Shown here piece by piece: positions 1 to 11,604 of a stretch of 64,000 bases of DNA (the stretch's first letter is position 1; each line of letters opens with the position of its first letter). The notes beneath the pieces were generated by a model. It worked only from the letters and a program-made list of their open reading frames with translations, was not told the origin of the DNA and made no database searches. The stretch is from Eledone cirrhosa (taxonomy: Eukaryota), in the NCBI GenBank assembly GCA_964016885.1, contig OZ024763.1, forward strand, positions 2,852,001 through 2,916,000. Reading direction: 5' to 3'. Both the position numbers and the translations under genes were made by a program.

Positions 1-331
1 CACTACCATCACCACCACCACTACTACTACCACCACCACCACCACTACTACTACCACCACCACCACTACCACCACCACCACCACCACCACCACTAATACT
101 ACAATCACTACCACCACCATTACCACTACTGCTACTATCACTACCACAGCCATCACTAATACTACAATCACTACCACCACATCACCACTACCACTAACAT
201 CACTAATACTACAACCACTACCACCATCACCACTACTACCACCACTAATACTACAATCACTACCACCACCATCACCACTAATACTACAATCACTACCATC
301 ACCATCACTACTACCACCACTACTACAATCA
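1..331. repeat. (CAC/TAC)n trinucleotide microsatellite
   Basis: Degenerate CAC/CTA triplet run; explains the poly-Val ORF on the minus strand. Confidence 0.9.
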
Positions 332-428
332 CTTTTATTAAACACATGTAGGGCTGTGTATTTCCTAAGAAATATGGTAACAAAAGAGTTAATTTGACAC
401 ATGTAGGCTGAGGTATTTGATTAGAAAT

Positions 429-1468
429 ACTAGCAGAAAAACCACCCCCGAGCAGTTTTGTGCTAGCATGTGTAGTGTACATATTGATATTATACACAAA
501 TATATATGCATGTAGATATGATACATAAATTGAAAAGTAAATTGACAATATACACAGAAAATGAACCAAGACTTGCACCTTCTTCCGTAATCAGTAAAGT
601 AATCCATGATACATTTAAAGATATTATACATAAATAGCATTACAGTGAAATGTTCTGAAAATGAAAAAGGAGAAAATCAGATTAGTGACAGAAATATAAA
701 CGTTATGATATAACGATGAAAATATACCATACTGTGGAGTGTTATGATATAACAAGGAAAATATATGGTACTGTGGAGTGATATGATATAACAAGGAAAA
801 TATACGGTACTGCGGAGTGTTATGATATAACAAGGAAAATATATGGTACTGCGGAGTGTTATGATATAACAAGGAAAATATACGGTACTGCGGAGTGTTA
901 TGATATAACAAGGAAAATATACGGTACTGCGGAGTGTTATGATATAACAATGAAAATATATGGTACTGGGAAGTGTTATGATATAACAATGAAATATACC
1001 ATACTGCGGAGTGTTATGATATAACAATGAAATATACCATACTGCGGAGTGTTATGATATAACAATGAAATATACGGTACTGCGGAGTGTTATGATATAA
1101 CAATGAAAATATACCGTACTGGGAAGTGTTATGATATAACAATGAAAATATACCATACTGCGGAGTGTTATGATATAACAATGAAATATACCATACTGCG
1201 GAGTGTTATGATATAACAATGAAAATATACCATGATATAACGGACACTAACGGAAGTTGACATTTGACAGTTTTAACAGAAGTGAATCTTGAAATAAGTA
1301 ATACATTATATATAAGATTATTTATGTTTAATCCAGAGCTAAGAAATTTAAAGATAAATTACATAATATTCATTCATGATTTATTCAAAGTAATCCGACT
1401 TATTTTAATAACGTAATGAAAAATAATAAACTGGACACAGTTTCGCAGTTCTCTAATCATTATATATA
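429..1468. mobile_element. Non-autonomous interspersed element (possibly Helitron-like) with an internal 39-bp minisatellite
   Basis: Aligns by eye with 3902-4470 (gtgtacatattgatattatacacaaatatatatgcatgtagatatgatac... ctggacacagt.tcgcagttctc). Begins actagcag followed by a short GC hairpin. Class assignment is inference. Confidence 0.55.
700..1240. repeat. 39-bp tandem array (about 14 units)
   Basis: Unit gaaaatatacggtactgcggagtgttatgatataacaa(t/g); 13-aa periodicity in the ORF track (LLYHNTPQYRIFS). Confidence 0.9.
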
Positions 1469-1759
1469 AAGAAAAGGGTTTATTTCAGATATGTGGCCTC
1501 TGTATTTCCTTGGAAATATGGTAAGAAAAGGGTTTATTTTAGACATTTGGCCTGTGTATTTCCTCAGAAATATGGCAACGAAAGGATTAAAGCAGTAAAA
1601 AAATTAAAAGAATTAACCATAATGTCCAAGACTCTTCTATTAACTTTTTTTCTCATTTCTGCCATATTTACTCTTCCAGATTAACTAATTCTCAGCCTCA
1701 ACAATAGTCTCTACTGTGGCCTCTCCTTCTCTTCCTAACATCCTACATGACCAGCAACA

Positions 1760-1775
1760 ATGACGTCCTCTTCAC
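1760..1775 (+). CDS. Probable first coding segment (MTSSS+P) of the zinc-finger gene, in a predicted exon 1680-1775
   Basis: Polypyrimidine tract and ttccag acceptor ending 1679; donor GTAAGT at 1776-1781; ATG 1760 with A at -3 and an in-frame upstream TGA at 1748. The phase-1 junction C|CT joins in frame to the exon at 6839. Confidence 0.55.
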
Positions 1776-2089
1776 GTAAGTACCAACATTGCTTTAATTT
1801 TTACTTCTGAGGTGTTCTTCTCTTCCTCTTCTACCACCATCACCATTATCATCACCATCATCACTATCATCATCACCACCACCACTTTCATTATCGTCAT
1901 CACCACCATCATCATTACTCTCTTACTTCCATTTACAACTCTGGCATGGGTTGGACGGGTTCCTCTTGTCCCATCCTTCTTTATACTCCATCATCATCAT
2001 ATGTCCACTTACCATTCTGGCATGGATTGGACCAGACTTCATAGTCTGAGACAAGGTAAGTCAGGGAACTCCGTCTTTCTCTTATGTTC

Positions 2090-2846
2090 CATACTATTGT
2101 ATTTTCACAGTAAAGGCTTTACCTCACATCATATCTCACATAACATTTACATTACTCTATATATACTATTGTATTTTCACAGTAAAGGCTTTACCTCACA
2201 TCATATCTCACATAACATTTACATTACTCTATATATACTATTGTATTTTCACAGTAAAGGCTTTACCTCACATCATATCTCACATAACATTTACATTACT
2301 CTATATATACTATTGTATTTTCACAGTAAAGGCTTTACCTCACATCATATCTCACATAACATTTACATTACTCTATATATACTATTGTATTTTCACAGTA
2401 AAGGCTTTACCTCACATCATATCTCACATAACATTTACATTACTCTATATATACTATTGTATTTTCACAGTAAAGGCTTTACCTCACATCATATCTCACA
2501 TAACATTTACATTACTCTATATATACTATTGTATTTTCACAGTAAAGGCTTTACCTCACATAATATCTCACATAACATTTACATTACTTTATATATACTA
2601 TTGTATTTTCACAGTAAAGGCTTTACCTCACATAATATCTCACATAACATTTACATTACTCTATATATACTATTGTATTTTCACAGTAAAGGCTTTACCT
2701 CACATAATATCTCACATAATATTGAATCTATGAGATTTTGATGATATTTATTTTGAGAACAATACCTTAACATCAGTATATGTAGCAACTTACAGCCAGT
2801 TTGAACAGAAATAGGTCAGAATTCTGGCCAGATATGGCCGATTTAA
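2090..2846 (+). mobile_element. piggyBac-type MITE copy with an internal 72-bp unit amplified about 8.7 times
   Basis: attttcacag recurs at 2101 and 2461 (5 x 72 bp); the downstream part matches the MITE at 2847-3067. Confidence 0.75.
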
Positions 2847-3067
2847 CCCTTTAGCATGTACATTACACTATATTTACTATTATACTTTCATGGTAAAGGC
2901 TTTATTTCACTTAATGATCTCACATAATATCCCATCTATGAGATTTTGATATTATTTATTTTGAGAACAATACTTTAACATCAGTGTGAGTTGCTTGTTA
3001 CAGCCAGTTTGAACAGAAAGAGGTAAGAGAATTTTGGCCGGATATGGCCAGTTTAAATGCTGAAGGG
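2847..3067. mobile_element. piggyBac-type MITE
   Basis: TIRs CCCTTTAGCAT...ATGCTGAAGGG flanked by TTAA on both sides (2843-2846, 3068-3071). Confidence 0.8.
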
Positions 3068-3094
3068 TTAACAATTTTTGTTTTTACCTTAAAG

Positions 3095-3203
3095 TGGGAT
3101 CTTCTGAAAGTAGTTTCCGAAGATCATGCTTTAGGGTGAAAGCAGAAATTATTTGCTTAAACTTTTAATCTGTACTTACAGTAAATATTTGCTCTACGGG
3201 TTT
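3095..3203 (+). mobile_element. PLE-like terminal remnant, family also at 9030-9273, 33690-33815, 40755-40950 and 54335-54495
   Basis: Shared gggtgaaagcag...gcttaaactt..aatctgt...aaatatttgctctacgg, with a short fold-back and a degenerate C(C/A)GAAGA...GAAA core. Confidence 0.55.
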
Positions 3204-3432
3204 ATATATATATACTTATATATATAAGCGTTTTACTCCTATCATTTTTGGAGGTGAAGATATTCATAATTTTCCAACAGAAATGACTAATTTTAGAGAG
3301 TATACTGGGTGCATTTTTTATGACATCAGCACAACCACTTTATAGACTTGATGAGGTATATTATAGGGTGTACTATGTACATGCATACATAGATATATTG
3401 AGAGTAACAATAACAATTTATAGGATGGACTA

Positions 3433-3479
<47 letters not shown>

Positions 3480-3901
3480 TTACATAAATATATTGACAGT
3501 AATACTAACAATTGATAGGGTATACTATGTATATATACATAATTATATACTAACAATTTATAGAGTGTACTATGTGTATATACATATATATATTGACAAT
3601 AATAGAACAAGAAAAGGAATTTGACAAGAGAAAGACAGATATGATATATGATATTGAATAATATGAAAAAAAAATACAAACTTATTTTGAAACTTCAAAT
3701 TTTCTACCTTTTTTTAAAATGCAATTTCAAAACAATGTAAATAATAATAATAATAATAATAATAATAAGGTAGAATACAAATATGTCGTGTTTAAGAGTT
3801 CTTTGTATAAAACAAGAAATGTGCTATATAAGATGACAGGTATATAATATAAAAGTTCAAGGGTCATTTTTATACACGCCAATCTTTATTCATTATTGTA
3901 A

Positions 3902-4720
3902 ATAGTAGAGGAACCGTCTCCCAGGCGGTTTTATGTTAGTATATACAGTGTACATATTGATATTATACACAAATATATATGCATGTAGATATGATACGTA
4001 AATTGGAAAGTAAATTGACAATATCCACAGAAACTAAACCAAGACTGTTACACCTTCTTCCGTAATCAGTAAAGTAATCCATGATACATTTAAAAAAGAC
4101 GATATTATACATAAATAGCATTACAGTGAAATGTTATGAAAACGAAAAAGGATAAAATGACATTAGTGACAGAAATATAAACGTTATGATATAACGATGA
4201 AAATATACGGTACTGCGGAGTGTTATGATATAACAATGAAAATAAACCGTACTGGGAAGTGTTATGATATAATGATGAAAATATACGGTACTGCGGAGTG
4301 TTATAATATAACAATGAAAATATACGGTACTGCGGAGTGTTATGATATAACAATGATAAATTACATAATATTCATTCATGGTTTATTTAAATTAATCCAA
4401 CTTTTTTAATAACGTGATGTAAAATAATATACTGGACACAGTCTCGCAGTTCTCCAATCATTATACATAAGATGTAAATATTTTATGTTTCGTGTAATTA
4501 AAATAAACGAGCAAATTATACAATATTTTTTGAATTTTCCAACAAAATAAAATTTTCGAACGACAGTTTTTTAGTGGGTGTAGCTAACTATATAGTCCAT
4601 CCATGGGCCCGAATGAAGAGTCAGTTTAAAAGTGCCTCCTCCATTATATAGTGGTGGCCATAACTGCACCCCGAAACCAATGGTAGCAGATACATGTTAA
4701 GTCTATGAAACTTTGTTTAC
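3902..4720. mobile_element. Second copy of the 429-1468 element with about 4-5 of the 39-bp units
   Basis: Direct similarity to 429-1468; array at about 4180-4355. The 3' boundary is uncertain. Confidence 0.55.
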
Positions 4721-4814
4721 ACTATATATATATATATTTACACACACACACTCATACACACAACCCTTATCGAGTCCTCTCTGAATTTTGGTTTATATTT
4801 ATATATATTTATAT

Positions 4815-5345
4815 AGACGGTAGCCACGGAGTAGGCAGACCCAGAAAAACCTGGGACGACATGATAAATTCCAACCTCACACGCTTACACCTCTCCAAGA
4901 CAATGTCACTGGACCGAGAACTTTGGCGGTACTCAGTAATAGAGAAGACCCGCCTTACCTAAATACAAAGTAAAACCTACTACAGTCAGTAGGCATCTCT
5001 AACAAAACACACACCCCGTCCCACCACCCCCACCCCATCCACACCGCCCCTTTCGATGTAAAGTTATGTTGGTGCCACAACATCCAGGCCGAAACAAATG
5101 AGATCGTGTAGGTGTCACGACAAAAAAACACACAGTCCACGCTGTAATGTGGCCGTGTAGACAACACGGTAAAAACCTCCCAGCCCCGCACTGTAAATGT
5201 GGTTGGTGTTAGGAAGGGCATCCAGCTGTAGAAAACCCGCCAGACAGTCCTATGCGAGCAAGACAATCACTCTTGCCTCAAGTGGGAAAACCCCCGTCCA
5301 AACCCATGCAAGCATGGAACACGGACGTTAAACGTTGATGATGAT
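4815..5345 (+). mobile_element. RTE-clade LINE 3' end with SINE/LINE-type 3' tail
   Basis: GVGRPRKTWDDMINSNL...DRELWRYSV is an RTE ORF2 C-terminus; ends in cccatgcaagcatggaa...(gat)n. Near-identical minus-strand copy at 53180-53365. Confidence 0.75.
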
Positions 5346-5393
5346 ATCATCATCATCATTTAATGGCTATTTTTTCCATGAAAGCTTGAGTTA

Positions 5394-5858
5394 GACCAAG
5401 ATACTTTCATGGAATGACCAAACAAGGTTTATTTTTCAACATAGTTCCTGGAAAGAAACAATGCAGTTATTAATAAGAAAATTTGAAATTAATGCATGCA
5501 AGATTTGACAGCTCAAGCATCACTCCTTTATAGCCAGCCTATGACCAAGATACTCTCGTGGAATGACCAAATGAGGTTTATTTTCCAACATAGTCTCTGG
5601 AAAGAAACAATGCAGTTATTAATAAGAAAAGTAAAAAATTAATGCATGCAAGATTTCACAGCTCTAGCATCACTCCTTCATAAGCTGACCAAGATACTCT
5701 CATGGAATGACCAAATGATGTTTGTTTCTCAACATAGTCCATGGAAAAGAAACAAATTAGTTATTAATAGGAAGAGTTGAAATTAATGCATGCAAGATTT
5801 CACAGCACTAGCATCCCTCCTTCATAGTCAGCCTATGAACTCTTCAGCCCACCCTTAT
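5394..5858 (-). mobile_element. Mariner-type MITE end in three ~150-bp tandem copies
   Basis: Three units starting gaccaagatact; the end cctatgaactcttcagcccacccttata resembles a mariner TIR plus TA. Confidence 0.55.
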
Positions 5859-6091
5859 ATCTATATATATATGACTACCAACATTTAAATATAAGTTTAA
5901 AAGCAGAGGCAATGGAGAGGAGTTCCAGCTAGATCCTGTTAATAAAATATCCAAACAGATTATATACACAGCAAGTCTGTGATATCTGAAGGGCTAAATG
6001 TTAGCATAAGAGCTCCCTGGAGTCATGACCTGGATGTGACCCGGCCCCCTTTAGGGGAAGTTAAGGGCTGCAATACTGGCTTGAGGAAGGT

Positions 6092-6147
6092 TTCTGAAGA
6101 CCTTCTGCTGACCAGCTCTCCTGGGAGTTTCTTACCACTGTATATAT

Positions 6148-6188
<41 letters not shown>

Positions 6189-6349
6189 TACACACATACA
6201 TATACACAGTAGTAAGAATATATATATATATATATATATGAGAATATATATATAGTTAAAGGCTGAGATACTCGCTTGGGGAGGGTTTCTTCTTCTCTGA
6301 AGACCTTCTGCTGACCAGCTCTCCTGGGAGTTTCTTACCACTGTATATA

Positions 6350-6387
<38 letters not shown>

Positions 6388-6531
6388 TACATATACACAG
6401 TAGTAAGAATATATATATATATATATGAGAATATATATATAGTTAAAGGCTGAGATACTCGCTTGGGGAGGGTTTCTTCTTCTCTGAAGACCTTCTCCTG
6501 TCCAGCTCTCCTGGGAATTTCTTACCACTGT
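6092..6531. repeat. ~200-bp tandem duplication containing TA microsatellites
   Basis: tctgaagaccttct...ccagctctcctggga.tttcttaccactgt occurs three times. Confidence 0.75.
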
Positions 6532-6838
6532 GTCTATTATCATCACCATTTAACATCCATTTTTCCATGCTTGCATGGGTCAGACGGGTCGTCTGTGTTG
6601 AGGAACAAGTCTAGCCAGGATTGGCCACGCCATACCTTACTCTGAAGGGACTGTAAATTTGGCCGGGGTTTATAAAGCTGGATGCCCTTCCTAACACCAA
6701 CCACATTTACAGTGTAGGACATATATGTATGTGTACAACTCTCATATATTTTTCACGAAGTATATTGTTAGTGTGTTTCAGTTAATTTTAAAAGGGGTTT
6801 AATTAGTTAAAATAACTGACCTTTTTTTCTGTTTCCAG

Positions 6839-8385
6839 CTGTGGACCCTGTTGCATCCCCTATCAGCCTCAGTACTGCGGCTGGGAGCCAGATTTCATTT
6901 GAGAAGGATGGCGAAAACTACAAGTGTTCAATCTGTGGTAAAGCTTTTGGTTATAAAAATGGCCTGATTCGACATGTGCGGCTCACTCACGACAAGGAAC
7001 GTCCCTTCCAGTGTGACATATGCCACCGTCGGTTCGGCTACAAGAATATTCTCCTGGAACACCAGAACATTCACTTTGGTATTAAGCCTTATGCTTGCAA
7101 CCTCTGCGACAAAAAGTTTGCTGCTCGCTCCAACCTGGTGCAGCATCGTCTGATACACAGAAAACCGTATTGCTGTCGAATGTGCAACAAACGATTCGAC
7201 AAAGAAGTCCAGTTGCAGCGCCACCTACTCACCTGTCAAGGGGAAGCACTCCAGTGCAGTATTTGTAATTATGCAGCTAGCAATCAAACGTCGCTCAATG
7301 CGCACATCTTCGAAGCTCATCCACCGCAGTATTACGACACACGAGACAAAAACCGGGTCGACCTTGTTGGTGGAGATAACTCGACGGGCAGTCTGTCAAT
7401 TGTGTCCACCTGCTCGGCAAATGACAACGGCGGCGTTGGTGGTGGTGGTGGTGGTGGTGGTGACAATGTCCTTTCTTACAGCCTGCAGCTGAGCACTGAG
7501 ACGGAGTCGATGCGCAAGATAGACAACATCTGTTCGCAGTTAGCCAGTCGCAGTAACAGCACGACGCCTTCCAATGACAGCGTTGTCGGGGGAGCTACTA
7601 TAAAACAGGAACAGCCATCACCTTCGTACGATTCGCAGCCGGTGTTTCCAGTCGGAATAAGTGTCTCGAAAAACGAGCGGTGTTTTGTCGAGAACACACA
7701 CAGGCAGTATAGCAGTAACAATGGCAACAGTAGCGGTAGCAGTTCGGGTGGTGTCACATCGGAGGCTGCGTGTCGCTCCACCGGCTCCAGGCTGGACAGC
7801 AACAACAACAACAGCAACAACAATGCAAGCAGCCTCCGGAACAGCAGCGCCAGCAGTCCGCCGCATCCGGCCCTCGCGTCGACGACCATCGACGAGATGA
7901 TGCAGGTGATAGAAGTGTCGGCGACATCCGACCAGCAGACCCCCGCCCCGAACCGGAGCTATACGGTGCCGTCCCCACGCGACATCATGCCCAGCAACAT
8001 TGCCGACTCGACGAGCAGCCTGTCGGAGATGCTGTGTATGCTGCAGAACTTGATCCAAAAGTCCCAGGAGCTGGAACCTTCGTCTTCGTCGGCTGGCTTC
8101 TCCGTCACGATCACCCCGAGGAAATCGACGAAGGATGTTGCGACACAGTTCGCGACACCCATCGACGGCGTGCCTTTACTAGAAGACATGTTAGCCTACT
8201 ACATGTCGCAGGGTAAGATCTACAAGTGCAGTCACTGCGGGATTATTTTTCTAGAGCGGGGAATGTACTTCCTACATAATTCGTTGCACGGAGAATACAA
8301 TCCGTGGGAGTGTAGCATATGTCACAAGGTTTGTGCCGACAAGAACGATTTCCACCTACATTTTGTCAACCAGCAACACGTATAG
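6839..8385 (+). CDS. Terminal coding exon of an Ikaros/Hunchback/Pegasus-family C2H2 zinc-finger transcription factor
   Basis: Five N-terminal fingers (fourth is C2HC), a low-complexity linker and a C-terminal pair YKCSHCGIIFLERGMYFLHNSLH-GEYNPWECSICHKVCADKNDFHLHFVNQQH matching the Ikaros/Hunchback dimerisation-finger pattern. Branch point taactgac, polyY and ttccag acceptor end at 6838; stop TAG 8383-8385. The ORF-track GTG start is not the real start. Confidence 0.93.
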
Positions 8386-9029
8386 AATAGAAAACACACA
8401 CACATACACACAGTTACATACACACGTTCACACACAGATGTCTACACACATACAATGACAGACAGACACAGACAAATGCCAAGACTATACAAAGTGGCAA
8501 CTGTTGGTGTATTTAACACTTTCATGTTTGTATATATTTATTCACTGAATGCAGAAACAAAGAGCAGCAATTTGTTGCGTTTTTTTTTAATTTTATATAC
8601 ATATATATATATATATGTGTGTATATGTGTGTGTGTGTTTATGTATATATATATGTGTATGTGTACATTTGTATGTATATACATATATGTGTATATATAT
8701 ACATGTATTTATATATTTTCTATATAGCTATACATACAGTCACATGTATATATATATATCACAACTATTAAAGAAAATGAAAGAAAATTGTAAACAGTTG
8801 TTAGGTATGAATATATGCTTGTGTGTATATATGTTAGTGTACCGGTGTATTTATGAGTGTATATATAATGTGTGTGTGTTTGTATGTATGTGTGTATGAT
8901 TGAATGTATGTAATTATGATTGTATACATATGTGTATGCTGGTATACGAATGTGTGTATTTATGTATATACATACGTGTATATATGTGTGTGTGTGTGAT
9001 TTATATATATAATAATAATAATAATTACA

Positions 9030-9273
9030 ACGACCAAAATCTGAAGAGGGCTTGATAAGGATTATATATATATATATATATAAGTGAATAAATAAATAAA
9101 TATATATATATATAAATCCGTAGAACAAACATTTATTATTAAAACAGATTAAAGTTTAAACAAAGAATTTCTGCTTTCACCCAATTACTTCTGAAACTGT
9201 TTCAAAAGATCCTGTAATAGGGTGAAAGCAGAAATTATTTGCTTAAACTTAATCTGTTTTAATAATAAATATT
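9030..9273. mobile_element. PLE-like fold-back remnant
   Basis: Inverted arms about 9131-9183 and 9220-9273; same family as 54335-54495. Confidence 0.6.
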
Positions 9274-10808
9274 GTTTTACTTGGGGAGGTTCATATTTGT
9301 GTAATAATATTGCCAGAATTAATTAATAACAGAACACACTGTTTGGTTGGTTTTCGCTTCTGTGTCTTTTATATCGGTTAATTTAATTTATTCAGTCCTC
9401 AATGTTGCCATTGACTGACCAACGGTAAAAAATACAGATATAATATAGACACAAACATATATATAGTCTACCAAAGTTCTTTCGTTGCACATCTGCAACA
9501 TCGTCAGAGGTGCTATTGTTTCCTCCTGTTGCATTGTATGTCTACGCCATCTTTATTTAGTGTTTATATATTTATTTATTTGTTTATTTTTTTGTCTTCT
9601 CTGCATTTGCGTGTGTGTATAGTGTTTTGTTTGATGTGTGTTTGGGTGATTGTGTATTGGTTATCTTTACTAGTGTGTGTTTATGTGTTTGTTGTTATTG
9701 TGCTTGTGTATGTATTTATTTATTTCTATTTCTCTTAGGTCAGTGTTGTTTGTTTGGGTGTTGTTATTCCATTCATTTTTTTCTGTTTAGCCTTGGCCTT
9801 CTAAGTTCTATTTCACTGGCCTCTCTGGTTTGCCTATCTGCTGGGTCATTTCTATGTTTAGATATTATTCTAATTTCTATGTTGTCTATGTTACCGTCGT
9901 GTTGTTGTCTGGCATGTTCGTATAGTACTGAACCGTTTTTTCGTCCTTTTAGTTCCCCCCAGTGTTGGTCTATCCTTTCACCTATGCTACGAGCTATCTC
10001 GCCTATGTATGTTGTTGTCATGTTTCTGCAAGTACCCTCTGTACATTTTATGCTATAGATTACGTTTCTAGTTTTACAGTTTATCCGGGGGTTTACTTTA
10101 CATATGATACATTTCCTATTAGTACAGTGGGTTTTCTTAAAAGGGTAGGTTTTGCTGATCAGGGATTTTATGGTGGTTCCTGGCTTTTCTACCACCTTAA
10201 TCTTTAAGTGGGTCTTTCTCAGGGCTTTTCTACACTGGTTAGCTAATTTCCCTCCAGGGGTAGCGTCCACAAATATGACACTCTGGAATCTCTGGTTGTC
10301 GTACCATGAGGTGGCTTTCCCTATCTTATGTCTAGCTCTATCTAAGCTATTCCATGATTTGCTCCTGTATAATGGGCAAATTCCTTTCATGTCCAGTTCT
10401 ATGAGGGTCTTATACTTCTCCGTGGCTCCTTCGTATACTCTGATTCTGTCTCTTTGGTTGTAGCCAGAGAACTGCATGCGGTTGATGAAGTGTTGGATGT
10501 GTCTTTCCATTTCTGTTGGGTCGCACATGCGGGACACGTTCTTCATCACTCGTACCAAGTCTGCGATCAGAATATTAAACTTAGCACTACTGGACATTGC
10601 TGAGTTTTTGAGTATCAGGTATTTGGAGGCCATGGGTTTAGCATAGTGTGAGTGGAGAATTTGGGCTCTCTCGTCTATAGTGTTAATCCAGAGTTCCGTG
10701 TCTAATACAGGTAGTCTATTGTTAGGGTGTTTGGAAGGGTAGTCGATAGTTACAGTTATAATCTGGTGTATGGAATTAGCTATCTGCTGGATGCTTTCCA
10801 TTGTGCTA
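9267..10808 (-). mobile_element. 5'-truncated Penelope-like retroelement (Neptune/Nematis-like): RT C-terminus, Cys linker, GIY-YIG endonuclease, 3' pLTR
   Basis: ITVTIDYPS...LPVLD RT motif; CxxxxCxxC linker; NVIYSIKC...YIGE...ERIDQH...HARQQH and E...P.LN are GIY-YIG hallmarks. Stop at 9773. A further 3'-end copy lies at 49010-49392. Confidence 0.9.
9470..9511 (-). ncRNA. Minimal hammerhead ribozyme motif in the PLE pLTR
   Basis: Minus strand: acct CUGACGA U GUUGCA gaug UGCAAC GAAA GAACUU uggu. Confidence 0.7.
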
Positions 10809-11385
10809 CTGCAGGTGTTGCTGTTCCGGAGGCTGCTTGAATTGTTGTTGTTGTTGTTGTTGCTGTCCAGCCTGGAGCCGGTGGAGCGACACGCAGCCTC
10901 CGATGTGACACCACCCGAACTGCTACCGCTACTGTTGCCATTGTTACTGCTATACTGCCTGTGTGTGTTCTCGACAAAACACCGCTCGTTTTTCAAGAGA
11001 CTTATTCCGACTGGAAACACCGGCTGCGAATCGTACGAAGGTGATGGCTGTTCCTGTTTTATAGTAGCTTCCCTGACAACGCTGTCGTTGGAAGGCGTCG
11101 TGCTTTTACTACGACTGGCTAACTGCGAACAGATGTTGTCTATCTTGCGCATCGACTCCGTCTCAGTGCTCAGCTGCAGGCTGTAAGAAAGGACATTGTC
11201 CACACCGCCGCCACCACCACCACCACTGCCGCCGTTGTCATTTGCCAAGCAGGTGGACACAATCGACAGACTGCTCGTCGAGTTGTCTCCACCAACAAGG
11301 TCGACCCGGTTTTTGTCTCGTGTGTCGTAATGAGCTTCGAAGATGTGTGCATTGAGCGACGTTTGATTGCTAGCTGCATAATTAC
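10808..11385 (-). pseudogene. Inverted partial copy of the zinc-finger exon (about 7265-7857) inside the PLE insertion
   Basis: Reverse complement aligns nearly base-for-base with 7265-7857; 12-bp in-frame deletion (ccaccgcagtat) and scattered substitutions. Confidence 0.93.
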
Positions 11386-11604
11386 GAAAGAACTTTGATA
11401 GACTATATATATGTGTTTGTGTCTATATTGTATCTGTATTTTTGACCGTTGGTCAGTCAATGGTAACATTGAGGACCGAATAAATTAAATTAACCGATAT
11501 AAAAGACACAGAAGCGAAAACCAACCAAACAGTGAGTGTGTTCTGTTATTAATTCTGGCAATATTATTACACAAATATGACCATCCCCAAGTATAACAAT
11601 ATTT
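11384..11604 (+). mobile_element. Inverted partial pLTR of the PLE
   Basis: Reverse complement of 9267-9485; starts at ACGAAAG within the hammerhead core. Confidence 0.9.

Noticed and set aside
700-1240. Regular 39-, 48- and 72-bp repeats resembling CRISPR arrays
   Set aside because: Head-to-tail units without unique spacers, eukaryotic context and no cas genes.
2053-2061. Strong donor-like AAG|GTAAGT
   Set aside because: Lies in SINE-tail-like sequence with no convincing matching acceptor or exon.
6928-8216. Overlapping alternative-frame and antisense ORFs in the zinc-finger exon
   Set aside because: Shadows of a GC-rich coding exon.
10808-11385. Idea that the captured copy records A-to-I edited mRNA
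   Set aside because: In the part compared (11190-11385) the differences include several CpG-type G>A/C>T changes and no A>G excess.
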